Source: Sedimentisphaeraceae bacterium JB056 (lineage in GTDB: Bacteria; Planctomycetota; Phycisphaerae; Sedimentisphaerales; Sedimentisphaeraceae). From it: 64,000 bases of DNA. The stretch is from contig JBITAJ010000003.1 in NCBI GenBank assembly GCA_044440125.1, positions 96,001 through 160,000 on the forward strand, in the 5' to 3' direction. The translations under genes were made by a program, and so were the position numbers. Of the stretch, positions 1 through 9,600 are shown in pieces. The notes below the pieces were generated by a model. That model saw only the letters and a list, made by a program, of their open reading frames with translations. It had not been told where the DNA came from and ran no database searches. Within the stretch, counting starts at the first letter, position 1, and every line of letters starts with the position of its first letter.

Positions 1-1298
1 AAACCAGTACCAATAGCAACATATCCTGAAGATACATAACCGGTGCTGCCGCTGCAAGAACCTTCAAGAACATAATCTACGTACAGTTTATAGTTCCCCG
101 AGTTATCAGATGTAACTGCAACATGATGCCACATATCATCATCCACTACAGTACTGCCGCTAATAACATTGCCTCCAATATTAAGAACTACTCCTCTCGT
201 ACTTTCATCCCAGCAGATTGAATAACCGTTGCTTGTTGTATAATCTTTGCAGATCATATAATTTGCAGTAGAAGAGTCGGCGCTTGCACCATCTACTTTC
301 ATGAAAAACTCTATGGTCTTGGTACAACCAAAGTTCCATATTGCAGAGTTTGCAACCTGTATTTCATCATTACCGGAACTAAATTCCATTGACAAAGAAG
401 AAAAATCTTTAGCTGTATAAGTAGTATAAGCTGGCCCACCAGCAGTACTTGTAGTAACAGTACCATCATAACTGCCTGATATATTATCAATATGATCACT
501 TGTAGTCGGAGCCAATCCGGTAGATCCACTGCCGTCTGAGCCTTTCTCGAAATTATAGCAAGCAACAGGCAAAACAGGTAAAGACTGAAAACTGCCACTA
601 CTCAATACCGTATCTGATATTTTAATATCATCAACAGAACCGTTCAATCCGCGAGCCTCCATCCATCCATAACCACTGCCAATCGTTACATATCCGCTTG
701 AGACATACCCCGTACTGCCGCTGCCTGAAACATCAAGATTATGATCAACATATAGATTATAAGAACCTTGATTATCCGACGTAACAGCAATATGATGCCA
801 TGCACCGTCCAAAAACCCAATATCACTGCTGCCTGAAAGTGTGAGACTACCTATAGTAAAATTAACACTGTCATCAGATTCATCCCAATAACAGATATAG
901 CCATTATTAACCGTATAATCTTTTGCAAAAATTATCTGCAAATCTGAAGGATCAAGCGTCTTACCATCAATTCTTACATACATTTCAATAGTTTTAGCAC
1001 TTCCAAAATTCCATACAGCATTATTAGCTATATAAAGACTCTCATCTTGAGGACCAAACTGCATGGAAAGAGAAGAACCGGAATTTGCATGGGCTGTAAT
1101 ATATTTTGGACCTACAGAAGTAGCAAGACCTACGGAAGCATCATTGCTTCCAACCGTATCATCTACTGTATGATTTAACCCGACAACATACGCACCGCCA
1201 CTACCATTAGAACCTTCTTCAAAATTATAGACAGCAACAGTAGAGCTCCAAACAACAGAACATAAAACAAACATAAAGAAAATGTAGACAGACTTCAT
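1..1298 (-). CDS. Secreted protein with at least 2 tandem LamG/ConA-like domains (module-1 subtype); 3' end runs off the window
   Basis: Not in the ORF track because it has no stop in the window. ATG at 1298 follows CAGGAGG. My translation: MKSVYIFFMFVLCSVVWSSTVAVYNFEEGSNG...WHHIAVTSD...IGSGYGWMEARGLNGSVDDIKISD, then a second copy CYNFEKGSDG...WHHVAVTSD. Confidence 0.88.
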   Translation of the reverse strand, partial: MKSVYIFFMFVLCSVVWSSTVAVYNFEEGSNGSGGAYVVGLNHTVDDTVGSNDASVGLATSVGPKYITAHANSGSSLSMQFGPQDESLYIANNAVWNFGSAKTIEMYVRIDGKTLDPSDLQIIFAKDYTVNNGYICYWDESDDSVNFTIGSLTLSGSSDIGFLDGAWHHIAVTSDNQGSYNLYVDHNLDVSGSGSTGYVSSGYVTIGSGYGWMEARGLNGSVDDIKISDTVLSSGSFQSLPVLPVACYNFEKGSDGSGSTGLAPTTSDHIDNISGSYDGTVTTSTAGGPAYTTYTAKDFSSLSMEFSSGNDEIQVANSAIWNFGCTKTIEFFMKVDGASADSSTANYMICKDYTTSNGYSICWDESTRGVVLNIGGNVISGSTVVDDDMWHHVAVTSDNSGNYKLYVDYVLEGSCSGSTGYVSSGYVAIGTG

Positions 1299-1359
1299 CT
1301 GTGCCTCCTGAAAAAAAATTAGAAAGTTAGAAAACAACCAAGCTTATTTTGAAATGGAC

Positions 1360-1397
1360 AAAAAAATATCGACAGCTTTTTTACAAGCTGCCGATAT
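1360..1397 (-). terminator. Rho-independent terminator or attenuator after the PEP-CTERM gene
   Basis: Minus strand ATATCGGCAGCT-TGTAAAAA-AGCTGTCGATAT followed by a T-run. Confidence 0.75.
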
Positions 1398-1403
1398 GAT
1401 ATT

Positions 1404-2195
1404 TTATTTTTTGCGTCTGCGAATCAGAATCCCACCCAAACCAAACAATGCTATTGTTGCAGGCTCAGGAATAAACTCATTAGTAGAAAGAACACTATCA
1501 GTTATACGGAATTCATCAATGGCTCCGCTAAAGACTCGCTGATCCTGCCAGCCGTAACCTTTTCCGACAGAGAATGCCGCACTTGTAACCGAACCGCTGC
1601 CGAAACCGTCAAGCGATCCTGCAAGTTCATAATCTACATAAAGATCATAATGAGCCGAATCAGCCGCATGAGTTACCGCAACATGATGCCACAGAGAGTC
1701 AGTGAATACCGAAGAACTTTCTATAGTTTCACCTTGTATTTGAAACCTTATGCTCCCCGCACTTCTGTTAAAAGTCATTTGCCATCCACCTGATGATGTA
1801 TAACCTTTACTCATTATAAACTCGGTAGTGCTTCCGTCGGGGCCGTTGCCGTCTCTGCGGACAAAGAATTCCACTGTTTTTGAGGCATTCTCCGACCACT
1901 GAAAATCAGCATCATTTCCGAAATCAACAGAATTCTGCTTCTGCCCGAATTCAAGAGCAAGATTTCCTGATGCCAGAGGTGAGACACTGTCTCCATATCT
2001 GGGATACCCGTTTACACTTGTTACAGTGCCGTTGCTCGAACCATAGCTATCTGTTACCCAACCCGAAGTTGTAGGAGCAGAACCAATGGCCCCATTGCCA
2101 TCGGAGCCTTCTTCGAAAGTATAGTAAGCGGCACCATTAACCAGGCTTACTGCTGCCAACAACAATACACAATTTCTATAAATAACATTCTTCAT
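1404..2195 (-). CDS. PEP-CTERM sorting-domain protein with a single LamG-like domain
   Basis: Signal peptide; YYTFEEG...WHHVAVTH...GKGYGWQDQRVFSGAIDEFRI; C-terminus IPEPATIALFGLGGILIRRRKK. Start moved to ATG 2195 (AGGAGG upstream). Confidence 0.92.
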   Translation of the reverse strand: MKNVIYRNCVLLLAAVSLVNGAAYYTFEEGSDGNGAIGSAPTTSGWVTDSYGSSNGTVTSVNGYPRYGDSVSPLASGNLALEFGQKQNSVDFGNDADFQWSENASKTVEFFVRRDGNGPDGSTTEFIMSKGYTSSGGWQMTFNRSAGSIRFQIQGETIESSSVFTDSLWHHVAVTHAADSAHYDLYVDYELAGSLDGFGSGSVTSAAFSVGKGYGWQDQRVFSGAIDEFRITDSVLSTNEFIPEPATIALFGLGGILIRRRKK

Positions 2196-2206
2196 AATTG
2201 CCTCCT

Positions 2207-3838
2207 TTATGGCCAAATATTATCCTGATTCCATTGAGATGCCATCAAAGCAAAGTCATCCAATGTAACCATATAGTCTCCTGTAAGATCACCTTCCTGC
2301 TCACCCATTGGGCGACGAACATAAACTCTGATATCATCAATATAAATTGTGCCTGTTCCAGCATTACCTGTTGCTATTAAAGAAATATTCTGAATATTGG
2401 TAAGATCAACACCATTATAAAGACTTAGATCAATATTCATTTCATTCCACAAACCATCAGTAATATCGGCAAAACCAGAGTAGGTTACTGCTGAAGAATT
2501 AGTTCCATCTGATAACTCTACTTCAACATCTACAGAATCATTACTTACAGGTGCAAGTACATATATTGACATAGACTTTATGCCGTTATCCTGCCAGTTA
2601 GTATAGGAAGGAACAAAAGAAGCAATAGATGTGTCAGATGCTGAAGCTAAATCATAGACCATCTTAAGCCCTCTTTCACCATCATTATAGACATCTTCAT
2701 CTATGGACGCCAAATCTGATGACTGAAGATTATTAGGATCATCCTGTGATATAGTCCAACTTGTTTCGAGAGCAGCTTCATCAGCATAAGATTCAAAATC
2801 CTCAAGCACTACATAATCAGATGTTGTAAAACTCCATACATCGCCTGTCCATGGGCTGTCTTGAGACGAAGAGTTTACAGCATCAATTCTCCAGTAATAT
2901 GTAGTGGCAGGTTTGAGTACTGGTGTAGTCCAGGACAATGAACTTGTCTCTGTCTGGTAAGCAAGTGAGTCAGCAGAAGTTCCAAAATATACAGAATGTG
3001 TAACCGCAGAACTACCCGCTATCCACTCAAGAGTAGGAGTAAGCCCTGAAACAACAGTCGTATTACCCGGCTTAGGGAAACTTGCTGTTTCGATCTCTAC
3101 CTTAAGGAATTCAAAAGTAGACAATGCTGTATCAGAAAATCTCACCTCATCAATATAACCATTGAATGAACGCAATGACTGCCATCCGTATCCACTACCG
3201 ATATATAGAGGACCTTCGCTTACCGAACCAGAGCCATATCCGCTCAGTTCAGCCTCTTTTCTATAGTCAACAAACAGCTCATATGTAGCAGAATTAGCAG
3301 CATGAGTAACAGCTACATGATGCCAGCCGCCATCAGTAAAATCAGTAACACTGCTGATTATATGATTTCTTATACGGAAATTCAGCAAACCTGTATTACG
3401 GTTAAAATACATATCCCAGCCATTTGTAGTCCCATAGTCCTTAGACATCACAAACTCTGTTGAACTTGGATCAAATCCATTACCAGATCTACAAACAAAG
3501 AATTCAACAGTCCTGGAAGTATTCTCAGAAAATTGGTAAATACTTGAGTTACCTACTAATACATAACCACCTTCAGTACTGAACCGCAACGATGTGCTTC
3601 CCGGAGCAGAGACAGAAGATTCCGTAGAATACTCGGGAGAGGATAAGCTCAAAACAACAGTCCCATTATTATCCGAGTTGATAGAATCCAAAACCCAATC
3701 ATCAGTTTCCGGTACCGTGCCAACAGCACCATTTCCATCAACGCCCTCTTCAAACATGTAATACGACAGCGTAGTTGCCGCAACAGGCATGCTTATTGAT
3801 ACCATAATAATACTTATTACTAATAGAAATCTATACAT
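2207..3838 (-). CDS. Secreted LamG + Fn3/Ig-like + CBM-like beta-sandwich protein with C-terminal dockerin-like tail
   Basis: LamG motifs; TTYYWRIDAVN...GDVWSFTT (Fn3-like); VLEDFESY...IYIDDIRV (CBM-like); tail GDLTGDYMVTLDDFALMASQW. Start likely ATG 3838 after GGAGA. Confidence 0.85.
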   Translation of the reverse strand: MYRFLLVISIIMVSISMPVAATTLSYYMFEEGVDGNGAVGTVPETDDWVLDSINSDNNGTVVLSLSSPEYSTESSVSAPGSTSLRFSTEGGYVLVGNSSIYQFSENTSRTVEFFVCRSGNGFDPSSTEFVMSKDYGTTNGWDMYFNRNTGLLNFRIRNHIISSVTDFTDGGWHHVAVTHAANSATYELFVDYRKEAELSGYGSGSVSEGPLYIGSGYGWQSLRSFNGYIDEVRFSDTALSTFEFLKVEIETASFPKPGNTTVVSGLTPTLEWIAGSSAVTHSVYFGTSADSLAYQTETSSLSWTTPVLKPATTYYWRIDAVNSSSQDSPWTGDVWSFTTSDYVVLEDFESYADEAALETSWTISQDDPNNLQSSDLASIDEDVYNDGERGLKMVYDLASASDTSIASFVPSYTNWQDNGIKSMSIYVLAPVSNDSVDVEVELSDGTNSSAVTYSGFADITDGLWNEMNIDLSLYNGVDLTNIQNISLIATGNAGTGTIYIDDIRVYVRRPMGEQEGDLTGDYMVTLDDFALMASQWNQDNIWP

Positions 3839-3900
3839 TTTTATCTCCATATTGTTTAGCTTAATTTTAGTTAAATTAAATAACAGTCAAACGTATACTC

Positions 3901-5541
3901 TTACGGCCACAATGTTGTATCAGCCCAATTGTCCACTATCACACTAAGATCAAGTATATCAACACGGCAGTCACCATTCATGTCAGCACTAAGAGCTTCT
4001 GTACAAATGCCCTGCAGTATATTAACATAATCAACATAGAGATACCCAGTACCGGTTGCATTAGTCAGAGAAATTGTAAGACCCTGTACATCTGTAAGAT
4101 CTAAGCCAACAAAATCATCAAGACTGACATATACAGCATGCCACTGGCCATCATTCAGAGAAGAAGAGTCTTCATATAAAACATCCACTGTCTGAGCAGA
4201 ATCGCTTATTGAAACGATAATATCAGCATCAACACTGCCAGCTTCGAACATAGCATAAAAGCTTAAAGCTCTTACATCGTCAACGGTCCAATCTGTAACA
4301 GCAGGAGAAAAAGAAGTAGATGAAACATCGCTTGTATCAGCAAGATCATAAGCTATCTGCATACCTTTATCGCCTGAATACAAGGTAGTAGCTCCAACAG
4401 CAGAATCAGATGACTGAAGATTGTTAGGATCAGCATCGCTGAAAGTCCAGGCAGCATCTATAGCACTCTCATCAGCATAAGACTCAAAATCATCAATAAC
4501 TATTAAACTTTGAACTGTAAAACTCCAAACCTCACTTGTCCATGGGCTTTCTGGATACGAATCGTTTATTTCGTCAACTCTCCAGTAGTAAGTTTGTCCA
4601 AGCTCAAGAGCAGGAGAATATTCATTTACAGAAACCTCTCCCATATATTCGTCTGAAACCTCTGTAGCATTCAATACCGCTTCATAATCAGTCCCAAGAT
4701 ATACCTTGTGAGTCAATGCAAAATCACCGGATGTCCAGCTCAATGTAACATTGTTAGCAATATTCTGTGAACCATCAGCCGGCTGTGGAGTATAAGCTGC
4801 AGTTACATTTCTGTAAACAAAATCGGCAGGAATCAATACTTCATCTGATATTCTGATATCATCCATAGCACCATTGAATACACGTTGATCCATCCAACCA
4901 TACCCTTTACCAACCAAGAGTGTTGGAGTTGTAACGGAACCGCTTGAAAAACCGGTTATTTCTGCTTCTTTCTCGTAATCAACGTATAATTCATATATTC
5001 CAGAGTTAGCCTCATGTGTAATGGCAACATGATGCCATACCATATCTTCAAATGAAGTAGTACTTTCCATTACAGCACTTTGAACCTGAAATCTTATGGT
5101 CTTAGCTGTGCGGTAGAAATATATTTGCCAACCGCCTGAAGAAGTATACCCCTTACTCATAATAAACTCAGTTGTACTTCCATCAGGGCCATTGCCATCG
5201 CGACGGATATAGAACTCAAGAGTTTTTGAGGCATTTTCCGACCATTGAACGGCTGCTGAATTAGGTATAGTAATACCGTTGTATTTAGCAGCAAACCTCA
5301 TACCCAAACTTCCCATAGAACGAAATGCAACAGTATCAATATAGGCAGGGTAACCACCACTTACTGCCGCTGTAGCATTATTACTGCCTGCAGAATCAAG
5401 GACCCAGCCAGATGTTGTCGGAGCTGTTCCAGTTGCACCAAGACCATTAAAACCTTCTTCAAAATCATAATATGCAACCGTCCCGGCAAAAAGCATAGTG
5501 CTTAGAACAGAAGATAACAAAATTGCTAACTTAAATTTCAT
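3901..5541 (-). CDS. Paralog of 2207..3838: LamG + Fn3-like + CBM-like + dockerin-like tail
   Basis: Same architecture and shared DPNNLQSSD motif; tail CTEALSADMNGDCRVDILDLSVIVDNW. Start likely ATG 5541 (MKFKLAILL) after GGAGA. Confidence 0.85.
   Translation of the reverse strand: MKFKLAILLSSVLSTMLFAGTVAYYDFEEGFNGLGATGTAPTTSGWVLDSAGSNNATAAVSGGYPAYIDTVAFRSMGSLGMRFAAKYNGITIPNSAAVQWSENASKTLEFYIRRDGNGPDGSTTEFIMSKGYTSSGGWQIYFYRTAKTIRFQVQSAVMESTTSFEDMVWHHVAITHEANSGIYELYVDYEKEAEITGFSSGSVTTPTLLVGKGYGWMDQRVFNGAMDDIRISDEVLIPADFVYRNVTAAYTPQPADGSQNIANNVTLSWTSGDFALTHKVYLGTDYEAVLNATEVSDEYMGEVSVNEYSPALELGQTYYWRVDEINDSYPESPWTSEVWSFTVQSLIVIDDFESYADESAIDAAWTFSDADPNNLQSSDSAVGATTLYSGDKGMQIAYDLADTSDVSSTSFSPAVTDWTVDDVRALSFYAMFEAGSVDADIIVSISDSAQTVDVLYEDSSSLNDGQWHAVYVSLDDFVGLDLTDVQGLTISLTNATGTGYLYVDYVNILQGICTEALSADMNGDCRVDILDLSVIVDNWADTTLWP
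4952..5160 (-). repeat. Copy A of a 209-bp inverted repeat inside a LamG coding region
   Basis: Reverse complement matches 7033..7241 with 12 mismatches by manual alignment. Confidence 0.9.
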
Positions 5542-5591
5542 ACTTGTCTCCATTAAAAAAATAACATTAAAAAGGCGCAAACTGCCTACCA

Positions 5592-6329
5592 CTATTGTCT
5601 ATCTTTTACATTTGACAAAAATCTGTCAAGACTGTAACCCACGACCGCCGGATCAACTTCAACTCCTTTAGATACAGAGCAATCAGAGAACGCAACATTC
5701 AAATCACCATTCATGGCATTATCACTATTTTCATTTGCTCCAGCGGCAACACTGGCAAAATGATTCCAATAGAAATTCATACCAGCTGTGTAGCCTTTTT
5801 CGTCAGAAATCAATGGCTTTGATGCATCAGAGAGCCTCAATGCTCGTTTCATAGGAGTTCTCGTTCCGTTATAGCAAGCAAGGAAATTATAGCCGATGCC
5901 TCTGCCCTGCCATCCCACTTTCTCTGGGGACCAGTCAGCTTTATTTTCTGCATCAAATTGCCTGTGCTTATCAAGCGGACAATAAAAAACAGTAGGATCC
6001 GACACATAACCTGGATATAACAAACTTAAATACAAATTAGGCCTGCAGAAGAAGCCTCCGAATTCACCCCAGTTCTCAGATGAAGATGTGCCTGTCCACC
6101 AATCTTTACCATCGGTCCTTCCAGTATAAATAAATTTACCATCGTAGTCTGCCGCGTATACAGCATTACCTAAAACAGATTGCCTTACATTATTGGCACA
6201 GATATTCAGCTTTGCAGATCGCCTGGCTTTTCTTAACGACGGCATCAGAACCGACATAAGCAAGGCAATTATCGATATGACCACAAGTAACTCAATTAGA
6301 GTAAAAGCTTTACGCCATTGTCTTTGCAT
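5592..6329 (-). CDS. Prepilin-type N-terminal cleavage/methylation protein (DUF1559-like), module 1
   Basis: KAFTLIELLVVISIIALLMSVLMPSL..AR; FYCP; degenerate C-terminal NH...LNVAFSDCSV. Confidence 0.9.
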   Translation of the reverse strand: MQRQWRKAFTLIELLVVISIIALLMSVLMPSLRKARRSAKLNICANNVRQSVLGNAVYAADYDGKFIYTGRTDGKDWWTGTSSSENWGEFGGFFCRPNLYLSLLYPGYVSDPTVFYCPLDKHRQFDAENKADWSPEKVGWQGRGIGYNFLACYNGTRTPMKRALRLSDASKPLISDEKGYTAGMNFYWNHFASVAAGANENSDNAMNGDLNVAFSDCSVSKGVEVDPAVVGYSLDRFLSNVKDRQ

Positions 6330-6375
6330 GACATAGTCTCCTTTGTCTATAGATTAATTCCAAAACGATAAATAG

Positions 6376-6404
6376 AGTGTAATAAATAAAAGACATATTG
6401 TCAA
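6376..6404 (-). promoter_or_regulatory. Sigma70-type promoter for the leftward pilin/LamG operon
   Basis: Minus strand TTGACA (6404-6399), 17 bp, TACACT (6381-6376). Confidence 0.6.
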
Positions 6405-6588
6405 CTTAAAAATACAACTTATCACCAAAAAAAGATATGATATTTGGGGACATCCTAAATGTTTTAAGAACAAATTAACCACATAAACGTATAAAAAACA
6501 AGGTTTTAACTTTAACAAATCTTATTAAAAACTATTTTTCTTAAATCTGACAAAAATAGACAAAGCAAAGATATCTTGTATTTTTTTG

Positions 6589-6634
6589 TTTACAAGTGAT
6601 AAAGAACATGATATCATCACATCTCAGATGTAAT
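6589..6634 (+). promoter_or_regulatory. Sigma70 promoter with extended -10 and an overlapping palindromic operator candidate
   Basis: TTTACA (6589-6594), 17 bp, TATCAT (6612-6617) preceded by TGn; palindromes ATGATATCAT (6608-6617) and ACATCT-C-AGATGT (6619-6631). Confidence 0.6.
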
Positions 6635-6660
6635 CACTTTTATTATTTAATGAGGTAAAA

Positions 6661-9600
6661 ATGAAGTTCTTCGGATGGCTTGTATTATTTCTCTTGTCCG
6701 TACATTCTGTTATTTTCGGCAACACGATAGCTTTCTACGACTTCGAAGAAGGCTCAGACGGCACTGGAGGCACGGGGACTGCACCGGCACAGACAGGATG
6801 GGTATCAGATTCAGCAGGAGACAATCATGGAACACCTTATATATATGGAGACAAACCATACTATATTAAAAGCCAGGAATCAAATTTAGCTCTTAGTTTT
6901 GGAGTTGCCAAAAACGCAATCCAATTCAACAACTCAAGCGTATTCCAATGGCCGGAAAACTCATCTCGAACTATTGAATTCTTTATCCGCCGTGATGGCA
7001 ATGGTTCTGACGGCAGCACGACGGAATTCATTATGAGCAAGGGATATGCTTCTTCAGGCGGTTGGCAAATATATTTTTACCGTACAGCTAAGACCATAAG
7101 ATTTCAGGCTCAAAGTGCTGTAATGGAAAGTACTACTTCATTTGAAGATACGGTATGGCATCATGTTGCAATTACACATGAGGCTAACTCTGAAACATAT
7201 GAATTATATGTTGATTACGAAAAAGAAGCAGAAATAACCGGATACAGCTCAGGCTCAGTTACAAGCGCCGCTTTTTTTGTTGGCAGAGGCTACGGATGGC
7301 AGGAACTCAGGGTATTCAACGGAGCAATAGACAATATCAGGATATCTGATCAAAACTTATCGCCAGAGCAATTCCAACAATTGAACACTGACCTTCTCCT
7401 ATCTTTCGAAGAAGGTACTGACGGCTCAGGTACACAAGGCCAAGCCCCTTCTGACGCAGGCTGGATTGTAAGCACATATAACCCTGCAATAGCCTCAGCA
7501 ACTGCCTCTCCTGGTGGAGAAGGACCTATTTACAGCCATTACAATGAAACCCAATTATGCATGGAATTCACCGGCAACACCGCTGATTACATAACAATAC
7601 CCGACTCTGATATAATAGATATTTCAGAAGAGGAAAACATCACTATTGAACTATACTTCAAAGTTCTGAACGAAAATTTTGTCTCAAGTCCTCTAAATTG
7701 GCTAATGTGCAAAGGCTTCACTGACAGTTCAAGTAATGGCTGGGGAATATACTGGAACGAATCTGATGACAAGATCACATTCAATATCTCAGGACAATCC
7801 GTCACTTCTCAAACAACAATAAATGATGGATACTGGTATCACTTTGCTATTACGCATGAGGCTTCAACCGGAATTTACAACCTTTATATAGACCATCAAT
7901 TTCAGGGCAGAATAGAATCCAGTTATTCGGGAAGCCTTAATTCCGAAGACCTGATAATAGGCCGCGGATGGGACTGGCAGTACAATAGAGACTTCATAGG
8001 CAGTATAGATGAATTCAAGATCAGCAGCGAAGTATATAACGAGCAGCAATTCATGCCGTTGCCTGTAAAACAAATAGATCTTACGACACGAGTCAGTAAT
8101 CTCAACAAACTGGCAGAAAAACTCGAAACTGCGGGACAGCTTGACTACTACGGAAATATGAGAAACAAGCTTGTTCAAAAATTCTTGCCTTATATTGAGA
8201 CTCTTAACCAAGACGGAAATACTGAACTGGCCGACTATGCCGAGGCGGATATCGAAAGAATAACAACGGAAGAAACAAGCCGACTCGGTGCTATACTAAA
8301 TGGAGAGCTGCCCCAGACTTATACTCCCAGAAGAGTTGCAGACCAAATGCCTGTTCATACTAATGGGCATCTCCAACAGCAAGTTCAATGGCCTGATAAT
8401 ACGACAGAAACAAGACCCGTATTCCTATACGGCTTCTGCGCTGAGCAACAAAACTTCCGTCCGGATGCCGAATTCATCGGCAACGACCTCGGCTGTAATT
8501 ATCTTCAGGTATTTACCGGACCAAGGTATGTCATGCCGGACGAATCAATGTGGGATACAGACAATCCATCACAAAGCACACTGGATGCCGGAGTTATTGG
8601 AAGCTACCAAAGCGCAATAGCAGATGCCTACAACAACGGTATAATAACTGACCTCAACATCTCGCCTCACTGGATACAAAATTGGTTCATAGACAATCAC
8701 CCAGAATACTACGCTGATCTCGGTGGATTTATGAAATACACGCTGAATCAAGCCGAAGTAAAAGAAATAATCGGCTGGTCAAGCAGGCTGCTCATCGAGG
8801 AGTTAAGTACCCAAACAGGTTTGTGGTCGTGCTGCATAATGAACGAACCATGTTATTTCCGATGGACAGACGACCCGGACACTTCAAGTTTATGGACAAA
8901 TTATCTACAGAACTTCTACAGTAATAATATCGCCACTGCAAACTCAAACTGGGGCAAATCGTATTCATCATGGACAAATATAACCCAATACCTTTATCCC
9001 CCGTCAACACCATATCCGGCATACCCGGAGCTATACGACTGGATGAAATTTAACGATACGCGAATAAGAGACTGGGCATTGTGGCTGCAGACTTACGTCA
9101 AAGCGGCAAACAGTTCACTTTATACTCACATAAAACAGAATAACAGGTTTTATACACAATTCAACGTTATGCAGGGCAGCGACATTGATCTTCTAAGCAA
9201 ATGTACAGATTTACCCGGCACAGACGTAGGACTTTACTCATGGAACCCGTCATCACCTTCAAATACTGAGCTTTACGGCGTATCATCAACGCTGCCAATG
9301 ACAACGCAGAGAACCGTAACGGGACGACCGATAATCAATTCAGAAAACCATATACTCAGAGACAACAACTCTGAACCAATAGAACAAGGCCATGTAAGGG
9401 CCAGTATGTGGCTTCAGGCACTATCAGGCATGGACGCTATGAGTGCATGGATTTGGGGATATGACCCTACAGATGAATTATCAACAGGACTCTGGAAAAA
9501 TCGTCCCGGGGCAACCGAAGAACTGGCACGAACAGGTATGGACCTAATGAGACTGATGCCGCAGATTGTCGAATTCAGAGAAAAGCCTGCAGAGGTTGCT

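Noticed and set aside
4952..7241. Diversity-generating retroelement or invertase-driven shufflon
   Set aside because: Mismatches are mixed transitions rather than adenine-specific, and no reverse transcriptase or recombinase is in the window
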